Source: Paraspadella gotoi | Lineage: Eukaryota > Animalia > Chaetognatha | Reading direction: 5' to 3' | Assembly (NCBI GenBank): GCA_051294375.1 | Contig: CM119270.1 | Location: 9,301,530 to 9,365,529, forward strand | DNA length: 64,000 nucleotides | Shown: positions 12,829 to 22,158 of the stretch, piece by piece | Layout of the letters: every line of letters starts with the position of its first letter | Position numbering within the stretch: position 1 is the first letter of the stretch | Program-made: the position numbers and the translations under genes | Notes under the pieces: generated by a model | What the model saw: only the letters and a program-made list of their open reading frames with translations | What the model was told of the DNA's origin: nothing | Database searches by the model: none

Positions 12829-13569
12829 TTTTTCATTTATTCAATTTTTCTAGCACTTGACGAGTTGAAGCATGGAGGGCTCGAGTCCTGCTATCAGACA
12901 GCAACCCAGAGCAGAAGATGACGACAAAGAAGAAGATGATTCTCGTATGTTTTTTTTTCGCTGAAGAGAGTAAAGCTGCTTTTCTGGTTTTTCTTCCATT
13001 TTTTTATTTAGTTGTCAAGAATGTTACGAATTTAGTTGATGAGCATTGTGAAATATTGCCTAGCCTTTGATCAATCTTTTCACATGGGGTGGAGTGGGGT
13101 GGGGTCAAATGTTTGATTTGGGAACCTTCAGAAAATATGCGTTTCTGAGAAAAATGGCTATTTCTAAATAAGAAATATTAAAAAAAAATTTTTGTCTTTT
13201 GTTATTTGTTAGAATAGAAAAAAAATTAAAAGAAAGGGGATCGAATATAAGGAAAAGAAAAAATGAAAGAGGGAGGAAAAATATGAAATTGATTATAATT
13301 CTAATATGGTAAATAAAAACCAGATTGATATTAATTTAAATGTCATATAATGTCTTGGGTGAAGGTGAACAGTCCTCCATATTGTAACCCACGCTCAAAA
13401 AATGATATACTGCCTCATACTGCAATACAGCTACAGCATTTTAATAAGAAGTAAAAATTTTATTTGTGGCGATTACACTTTTAACCTATAACAGCCTGTC
13501 ATCTGTCAGTCTTTTTAATAGGTCAATGGAGGGCGCCTCAATGCAGATTATCCCCAGGTCCTAAAAATA

Positions 13570-13775
13570 GAGGCTATCTAATAAACCATTATTAAGTTGT
13601 GAATGAAAGTTTGTAAAGATATTTTTACAAAGATGTGTGCACTTTCGGAATGAAGTGCACGTCAAGAATAAGACTTCTCTACGTTTAGTTTATATTTAAT
13701 ATAAATTTCATTGGTATCCTTCAAACGGTTTAAGAGATATGCATTTATTTGTTAGTTTTGATTCCGAACCCTGTA
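13570..13775. mobile_element. Tc1/mariner-type terminal remnant
   Basis: Ends in CCGAACCCTG followed by TA repeats, with typical MITE subterminal text (AAATTTCATTGG...AACGGTTTAAGAGATAT). Confidence 0.35.
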
Positions 13776-13879
13776 TATATATATACAAACAAAAACAAAA
13801 ATATTGCAGCTGAGGGGATAAAGACGACTACGATGAACGAAACAACATTTTTGTTAGGCAAGTTTATTAAATAAAATCA

Positions 13880-14790
13880 ATCGACATTCATCAATGATCG
13901 ATTATCATCACATTACTGATTGATTGTCATCCCATTGATAAATCCTTATTATCGCTTTGATAAATCCTTATTGATATATCAATAAAAATCAAAGTGGTTA
14001 TCTTTGCATGATTGATCATGCCTATCAATAAATAGTTATCAAAAACTTATCATTTTATCAATAAATGACTATCATCTTATTAATGAATAATTATCATCGT
14101 ATTTATATCAATGATTGATTATCATCATAACCAATGAATTTTCATAATCGAATCAATTATTGCCTATCTATGGCATCACTGATTTACTATCATTGATATT
14201 ACGATTGAATTTGATTGCATCAATGTCTATGCTTGCATTAATGAATGATAGTCATCTTATATCAGCCTGATCAATCTAATCAATCTGAAGCGGAAGTATT
14301 TCATACCCCGCTACTTGTCCGAGAATCAGCAGCACCTACGGCGCCCGATGTAGCACGAGCTTCCTCCCAACCCATAAGGACTCGGGTTTCGCGCCCTGCC
14401 GATTTACACAAGTAAAAGCGGGACGGGCGTCTAACCCACCTGTAGTGACGGACTACAGCCAGATCGAAGTGCGCAACGGACGGTGAACTGCTTGAGGCAT
14501 CGTCTTCCACATTGTAATTCGAACACGCAAACTTAATTCAATCAATCTTATAAAGATTGATAACTTTAATTGATAGATAAGCTTATCTATCAATGAATGA
14601 CTATCATCGCATCAATGAATGTAATACTATCGTTTGCTTTAATGAATTAATGTTTTAAATTAATGTTATGAACTAATGACTATCATCGCAACAATAAGTG
14701 ACTATCATCACATCAATGAATGACAATCATCTCATAAATGAATGAATTACTATGACTATCATTACATCATTGCTTCAATGAATTACTATC
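13880..14790. repeat. Degenerate ~20-bp minisatellite (ATCAATGAATGACTATCATC-like) interrupted by a GC-rich element at 14289-14530
   Basis: Recurrent TCAATGAAT and ACTATCATC words on both sides of the insertion. Confidence 0.65.
14289..14530 (+). mobile_element. tRNA-like-module element (probable solo LTR or fragment related to the TRIM)
   Basis: 5' hairpin, tRNA-like CTTCCTCCCAACCCA...GGGTTTCG segment, and core plus hairpin shared with 20335-20557 (-). Ends CTTCCACA followed by GTAATTCGAACACGCAA, a tRNA-Trp T-arm complement also seen in the TRIM. Confidence 0.6.
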
Positions 14791-15418
14791 ACCGCTTCGG
14801 GAAGTAACTATCGAGAAGTTGTTGCGTCCACAAAGTGTCAATTTAGAATTCACAATTTTTTTTTTCATTGAATTCATTCTAATAAAACTTTTGCAGGCAG
14901 GATCACGATATTTAAAATTTTTGCTGAATGGCTGATTGTAAATAGCTAAAAAATTAATTCAAATTAAAAAAAATTAAAAAAATTCATATAAATTAAAAAT
15001 TATTCACATTAAAAAAAGTTACATAACTAAAAAAAAATATACAATTAAAAAACTATTTAAATATTTTTTCTATTAATAAAACAATTTTTAATTATAAATA
15101 TTATTTATACTGCAGTAATAGTTTAAATATTCCTTAAATACGATTAATATGTATTGGCGCGGCCACTGGTTTGAATGACTGATTGATTAATTGATTTATA
15201 GATTTTTTCATGAATTTATTAAGAAGTCTGTTATTTTTCTTATGTCATCTGATTAGCTGATTACCTCTAAATTATCGTAGGCAGATCCGACATTGTTTTG
15301 CTCGAACTTTTTTTATAAAAAAATTTCTAAAATCGAAGAAAATTGATTGTTCATTAAGTCTCAAAATTTGGAACAGGCGCCTTTGGTCTCCAGGAGCGTG
15401 AGAGTAAACAATCTTTCA

Positions 15419-18037
15419 ATGACGATGACGACCACTACGACGTTCGCTTTGACTACGATGACCGCTTCTTGGTCAGAGTCAACTTCCGGTTTATCGACGT
15501 CTATAACCACCACGCATTCGCCACCTTCACCGCCGACAATGCCACTACCATTAACTCGATCACCAATACCTGCGGCTTCACCTTCTACGCCATTGCTGTC
15601 GCCACTGTCAACGCTGCATCCGCCGCAGCCTCCTGAACCGCTGTCGTCGCCGCCGCCGCCGCCGCCTTTGCTTTCGAGATTACTTTGGCCGCAGTCCAGA
15701 GAACTGCCTCCACAACCCTGGCCGTTCCCGCCCCTAACGCCGCCACTGCCGCTGAAATCGTCCCCAATTGAAAAAATCCGACAATTTTTGATGTCGCTGT
15801 CGTCGTTGGCGTCGCTAGTGTCGCTGGCAATGGCGTTGTGCGGAAGCGTCTGCGTCTATTCGATGATCTTCAGTTTGGCGCCGAAGATGGTCAGGGATTT
15901 TGGGTTCGGCGAGCGGGAGGTCGCAAAGCAGGGCGGAATCCTCACAGGTCAGTCAGAGAGAGGGGCTGGCAGGGGTTTTGGTTTGTTTTGAACCTTTTTT
16001 TGTTTATGGTCTTGTTTTTAAACGCATAGTAGATTTTTGAAAAAAATTAATTACCGGAAAATCGGAAAGATTCTGATAAAATTTACGCTCATAAAGAGAG
16101 GCTCTCTGTTCATATTATTTTTTTCAGAAAGTATGCTAGTAGTAATTAATTATTCTTATTCTTTTTACTTTACTAATAAAAAATGTAATTATCTTGCTGT
16201 ATCCTTAACAACTAAGTAACGTAAAATGTCCCCATTCCCTTAAAGGCGCCTACTACGTGGGTGCCGCCGCGACGAACGTCCTCTGGGGTCGCGCGTCGGA
16301 TCGCTTCGGGCGGCGCGGCGTCCTCGCCGTTTCTCTCTTTGCCGTCGGCGCTGCTTGCGTCGGTTTCGGCCTCAGCGAGACGTTCACGGCGGCGATAGCG
16401 TGGCGTACTGTCAATGGCGCCCTGGACGGCGTCAGATCCGTGGCGCGGGCGGCCGCGGGTGACGCCGCTAACGACGCCGCCTCGCACGCCAAAAACGTGG
16501 CCGTCGTCTTTGTCGGTTCGACGGTGGGATTCTCTCTCGGTCCAGTCGTCGCTGGATACGTGGCTGGTGAGACAAGGGGGGGGGGTGATGAGGGCGGAGT
16601 GTTGACAAGTGGATAAAAATATAAGTGAATGCTAGCGCCGCCTTCAGGAAATCCTAAAACTATAAAGAATAAAAGGCGGAATTTCTATGCAGTGCATGTC
16701 ATAAATACAATTACAATGTAAAGACGTTTGTTTTACATAAATTTCCTCGTCATGTAGTCATGATGTGATTATAGGGAAAAGAAAGTCACTTCGGCGCAAC
16801 ACATTGGATGGACCGATCTTGTTACTTTTCCATTGACCCAATTCGTCTTTCTTATTTCTCTTCATTTTTTCATATTTCTTTTTATTCCTTCTTTCCCTTT
16901 TTTTCTTTCTCCACAGATTCCGCCCCATTTTCCCCTCGTCAGCGCGTTTCCAGCGCCCTCTGTCTCTTCGCATTCTTCCTCGTCCTCCTCTTCCTTCAAA
17001 GCAAAAAAGACGACAGAAAGAAAAACAAAGCAAGCGAACCCAGCGAATCCAGCTCGCTGATCCCGCCTAAAAGTGACGACGACGACGAAAACGACGATAA
17101 CGTCAAACCAAAGAAGGCCGACAACAACAACAACAACAACCCGTGTATAAACAAAACGTCCGACGCGGCCAGCGAGGAAGAAAACCAAAACAAAATAAAA
17201 AACGAACCCAAAAATGTGGTCGCCATGGAAACGGAGGACTCGGAGGACTCCTCCCTATCCTCTTCCTCATCTTCTCCTCCTTCCTCCGAATCCCTCATCG
17301 TCCTCTTCCTCCTCATTCTCCTCAACGCCGTCTTTTCCTTCGCCTTCCTCGGCGTTCGCGACGGCGTCACTCTTTGGGCCGGCGTTGCCGCATCTCACGG
17401 CGGACTTGGAATGACGCCGGCTGACCTGGGCCTCGTCGCCGGCGTAGTGAACATTCCCGCCGTCCTCGTCGGCATCTTCGTACTTCCCCTCCTCACCGCT
17501 AAGGTGGGACTGCGGCGCGGCGCCGTGCTGTGGATTTTTGGATCCGCCATTTTCTCGCTGCTTTTGCCGACGACGAAACTTATGGCGGACTCGACGACGA
17601 CTATGACAACGACGACGACATCTCCGTTCAACTCCACGTTTACGTCACTCAACGTCACAGCCCCACTCCACGCGACAAGAGGATTAAACGAAACTACGCC
17701 GCCCTACGCCATATCGCCGCCAGCAACCAGGTTTCGCTACAAACTCGTCCTCATTCCTCTCTACTGTCTCCAGATCACCTGCGCAAGCGCAGCCTGGCAG
17801 AGTTTCGCGGCGCTGATCAACGAGCGCAGTCCCGCCGGGCAGCGCGGGATTGTCAACGGGGTGGCGCTGACGACGTCAATGGCTGCGCGGGCGTTTGGTC
17901 CGGTCGCTGCCGGTGCCATAATCTCCGCGGCCCTGCGGGTCGGCGTCGACGCCGAATTTCGGCGCTACGGTCTTGTATTTTTCGTTTTCACTCTTGTCTA
18001 CGTGGGTGTGGGCGCCGCATTAGCCGTCTTGAATTGA
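15419..18037 (+). CDS. Major facilitator superfamily transporter, ZIFL/YCR023C-like. Exons ~15419-15947, 16246-16566, 16917-18037
   Basis: MFS motif A WGRASDRFGRR, antiporter-type motif GFSLGPVVAG, C-terminal QRGIVNG...ARAFGPVAAG and ~12 hydrophobic segments. Both introns are phase 1 GT-AG. The start codon is uncertain (Pro/Thr-rich N-terminus). Confidence 0.9.
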
Positions 18038-18256
18038 ATTTGAAAAAATATCCCTTTTTTTATTCTTGTTTGTACGTAATTGTGTAAGAAAAATTTCAAG
18101 ATTACTTGTTTTACTATATTAGACTAAATTGGATTAATAATAAAAAGACATGTAAATGTAAAAATATATATTTCACTAAATATTACATTTAATTATATTC
18201 TTTATATAATATAATGGGGAGAGGGATGTTAGTGTTGTCTCTGGAAATAGAGGGAT

Positions 18257-18960
18257 TATGGCAACGGGAGGATAGCCTGTGATACCCGGGCGCGGGGTAT
18301 CTCACTAACTGGCGTAGGGGCTGCGGACCCTCAGTGACCGCCGTCACATTTAAGCCAGAACCGGGATACCCAGGGATTGAACCCGGGACGCACGGATGGA
18401 ATGAGATGATTTAGCCTGCTCAGCCATTGAGACGAGGCTGAGGACGGACAGCAGTGAGGCAGCTTTAAGTCTTGCTGCCACAGGATCCCCCCACCAGACT
18501 TCTCCACAGGGGCCTCATCCTGAGGAGATGTCTGAGAGAAGGTTTTGATCTCATTGCCATAGTGAGAGCGAGCGGGCGAGCGAGCGAGCGAGTCTGGAGC
18601 GTTACCAGAGAAGTAGGGCATAGGCGTGATATGCATACCCTAAGCGACGTAAGCGTGGGCGCACGGTGCGCAGCGGTTGCGTGTTCGAGAGTAGGGCTCA
18701 CCACTTATGGCAATGGAGGATAGCCTGTGATACCCGGGGCGCGGGGTATCTCACCAACTGGCGTAGGGGCTGCGGACCTCAGTGACCGCCTCCTGTCACT
18801 GGCATGTTTATACCGGCACCGTCACATTTAAGCCAGAACCGGGATACCCAGGGATTGAACCCGGGACGCACGGATGGAATGAGATGATTTAGCCTGCTCA
18901 GCCATTGAGACGAGGCTGAGGACGGACAGCAGTGAGGCAGCTTTAAGTCTTGCTGCCACA
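18257..18960 (-). mobile_element. Complete TRIM (non-autonomous miniature LTR retrotransposon) with a tRNA-like module in its LTRs
   Basis: Direct repeats at 18706-18960 and 18257-18482 with termini TGTGGCA...TGCCATA on the minus strand. 4-bp TSD GGAT at 18253-18256 and 18961-18964. PBS TGGTGAGCCC lies 2 nt after the 5' LTR and a purine tract GGTGGGGGGA precedes the 3' LTR. A-box-like TGGCTGAGCAGG and B-box GGTTCAATCC lie inside each LTR. Confidence 0.9.
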
Positions 18961-19172
18961 GGATCATCTATACAACACAAGGTTAAAAGTTACTTTGTGC
19001 CCTAGTTTTCGAATTAGATATTAGGCATCGTTCTTGTTAAGAAGTCTTTTATTGAAAACTAAAAATATCTAAAAGTCTGAACAGAAAGGGTTGGAGGCCA
19101 TAATTTGTTATGGGATAAGGATTATTTATGATTTACTATTGTTGTGGGTGAAGAGACAGTAATTATTGTTAT

Positions 19173-20316
19173 ATGAAATTGGTACAACCAATATAAAAAT
19201 TATCCATTCATTTAATAAATAAGCTATCTTGCCCTGACTTTGGACAGGCTTTGGTGGTTTAAGGCCCCATCACTCTTCAAGATAATGACATAGCAGGTCC
19301 CTGCAAGTTTTCAATCAAGACTCTTTCACAGTCTCGTTTATTAACTCCCAGAGTACCTGGCTTCCCTATCAATGAAGTGGAAAATATTTCAAAGATGTTT
19401 CAATTGTATGAAAAGACCATCCCTTAAGTATTAGTACTCCGCACTAGCATCAAAATACAAGGAGCTGAATTTATGAAATTGGTACAACCAATATAAAAAT
19501 TATCCATTCATTTAATAAATAAGCTATCTTGCCCCTGACTTTGGACAGGCTTTGGTGGTTTAAGGCCTCCATCACTCTTACAAGATAATGACATAGCAGG
19601 TCCCTGCAAGTTTTCAATCAAGACTCTTTCACAGTCTCGTTTATTAACTGCCAGAGTACCTGGCTTCCCTATCAATGAAGTGGAAAATATTTCAAAGAAT
19701 GTTTCAATTGTATGAAAAGACCACTCCCTTAAGTATTAGATTGGTGAATACTTATTGTACTCCGCACTAGCATCAAAATACAAGGAGCTGAATTTTATGA
19801 AATTGGTACAACCAATATAAAAATTATCCATTCATTTAATAAATAAGCTATCTTGCCCCTGACTTTGGACAGGCTTTGGTGGTTTAAGGCCTCCATCACT
19901 CTTACAAGATAATGACATAGCAGGTCCCTGCAAGTTTCAATCAAGACTCTTTCACAGTCTCGTTTATTAACTCCAGAGTACCTGGCTTCCCTATCAATGA
20001 AGTGGAAAATATTTCAAAGAATGTTTCAATTGTATGAAAAGACCACTCCCTTAAGTATTAGATCGGGAATACTTATTGTACTCCGCACTAGCATCAAAAT
20101 ACAAGGAGCTGAATTTTACGAAATTGGTACAACCAATATAAAAATTATCCTTTCATTTAATAAATAAGCTATCTTGCCCCTGACTTTGGACAGGCTTTGT
20201 GGTTTAAGGCCTCCATCACTCTTACACAGATAATGACATAGCAGGTCCCTGCAAGTTTTCAATCAAGACTCTTTCACAGTCTCGTTTATTAACTCCAGAG
20301 TACCTGGCTTCCCTAT
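19173..20316 (-). repeat. Tandem array (~3.6 units) of the ~320-bp repeat
   Basis: Unit starts ATGAAATTGGTACAACCAAT at 19173, 19473, 19797 and ~20118 (ACG variant). Units are near-identical. Confidence 0.95.
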
Positions 20317-20334
20317 CCCTATTCCCTATTCCCT

Positions 20335-20557
20335 ATGTTAGTGACAGAAACGTTCATATAAGCAGTCCCTGAGCTTCGGATCAGGTTGTAACACCGTGTT
20401 ACAGGCGGGTTAAACACCCCATCCCTCTTAACTGCTAGGCGGCCACCCGGTTAGAACCACGGACCTTTGGGTTGGGAGGCGAATGACTTGCCTCCGTCAC
20501 CAATGGCCGCTGATGAACGGTTGGTGGATTTTATTCCACCATAGGGGTTAAGACTAC
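20335..20557 (-). mobile_element. tRNA(Gly-like)-derived element (SINE or solo LTR) followed by an (ATAGGGA)n run
   Basis: 72-nt tRNA-like segment 20439-20510 with a perfect acceptor stem GCGGCCA/TGGCCGC, TTCGCCTCCCAA anticodon-like region and B-box GGTTCTAACC. The anticodon stem is unpaired, so it is not an intact tRNA. Confidence 0.7.
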
Positions 20558-20706
20558 AAAGTAGAATTGTATGTTCTGATAGGGATACATCCCGAAAGAA
20601 GTTTTTTAAAGAAAGGGGCGTCCTTATATATTACTATCTAGGAAAAAAGTATATAACATAATTCATTTATTCAATAAAAAGTAAACAAAACATGGGTAAA
20701 ATTTTC

Positions 20707-20874
20707 TCAATACTTGGTATGCCCTTCCTCGATATCGACTACTGCCTGCATTTGCCTGGGCATACTCTCATTCAGCAAATTGAGGTATGACAGTGAAATG
20801 TTTTTCCACATCTTTAATGTAATTCTTTTCAGGCCCGATGTTGATGTTGCATGTCTTTCCCTCTTTTCTAAAAG
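20707..20874 (-). pseudogene. Tc1/mariner transposase C-terminal remnant
   Basis: Minus-strand translation ...GLKRITLKMWKNISLSYLNLLNESMPRQMQAVVDIEEGHTKY* matches the conserved Tc1 end SMPxRxxAVxxxxGxxTKY. Confidence 0.85.
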
Positions 20875-22158
20875 CTATAATAGTACTTTTTTGAGCCAAA
20901 AAGAGCTGCAAGGCCTTTAGCATTGCCAAATTAAAAAAAAAATAATTAACTTTATTTGAAATAAAAACAAATAATTAAATACCAAAATTGAGGAAAACCA
21001 AATATGAATTTTTTTGCCATTTTTCATTTGAAGTAACAATATTTTTTGGCCTGTAACACCTACAAAAAAAATGGAAGAAAGCTACTAAAAGAAAATTCAA
21101 AATAGATCCTGAAAAATTCTGATTTTTTTAAAATCAAACAAGTTTTTGAATAGATATCCTTTATTAAAAATGTTATATACTTTTTTCCTAGATAGTAGAT
21201 GTAAATTTATAATAACATATTATTTCGAATTTCAAAACTTAATTTTTAAGTTTTCAGTTAGTACATATCATATGGTAACTTATACAATTTCGATAGCGCC
21301 ACGAGAGTACAATTATAAATGCGATAACAAAATGATAGTGAATAAATAGGAACGACAAACACTGAAAACGAAGAATTGCCGAACGTGAGGAGAAAGAAGT
21401 AAATGCTTAGTGAGAACTGAGAAGGTAAAAAGTTTTTTTTTCTTCTATAACTCGACAAAGGCAGGCAATAAATGGAGGCAAAGAGGATAAGGAGATAGAT
21501 GGAGGCAAATTCTGAGAAATGGAACGAAATGGCACCGAAATGGAAGAGATCTAAAATGATGGATGCACTTTTCTTTTTCGGCTTTGGGGTTTATCGAATA
21601 CTCAGCGAAAAAGAAAGGGATTTGAATATTTTTTCAAGAAAAAACAAAACAAAAGAAGAGAAAAGAAACTATTAGAAAATAGGCTTTTTGCTTTGAGACA
21701 AATTTATATATACATATTTATCTAGCAGATTTTTTGTATGTGGATTTAACCTCGAACCTCATTTCGTCTTAACTACTGGAAAAACCAGGTAATGGTTTGA
21801 TATTTCTTTCTATTAAGTTTTTAACGTATTGGAAATATAAAAATGGCAAAAATAAATGAGAAATAAAAAAAAATAAAAAAATAATAAATGAATTAAATAA
21901 AAGTGTGAATTAAGAGAATCCCAATCATCACTTCAATCAGCAGAAAAATCTCTCCCAGAACCGAATGACGCGAACTGCTCACGTGACTTAATCGGCTTCC
22001 GCTTAATTTTCTTTCTTTTTCAATCCATTTATTATCTTTCTTTTCCGTGACTTTTATCTCGCGAATTTCTTCAGTCGGCTCTTTTTTTAAGAGGCTTTTT
22101 CAGTTCCTTTCTTCCCTCACATTTCTTCATTTTCCATCAGCCAAGGAAAAAGAAAGGA

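Noticed and set aside
15418-15636. Overlapping alternative frame with strong C-ending codons (DDDDHYDVRFDY...)
   Set aside because: Explained by the second-position C of Ser/Thr/Pro codons in the MFS N-terminal frame. No start codon or splice support.
18655-18703. tRNA-Trp gene on the plus strand
   Set aside because: It lacks the anticodon arm, has encoded CCA and abuts an LTR, so it is interpreted as a PBS region.
20439-20510. Functional tRNA-Gly gene
   Set aside because: The acceptor stem is perfect, but the anticodon stem does not pair, the T-stem is imperfect and no oligo-T terminator follows.
20505-20545. Hammerhead ribozyme suggested by CTGATGA (20510) and CTGAGGA (18438, 18916)
   Set aside because: No GAAA with a closing stem II and no matching stem I/III. 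The motif is simply the reverse complement of the TCATCAGC/TCCTCAGC linker of the tRNA-like elements.
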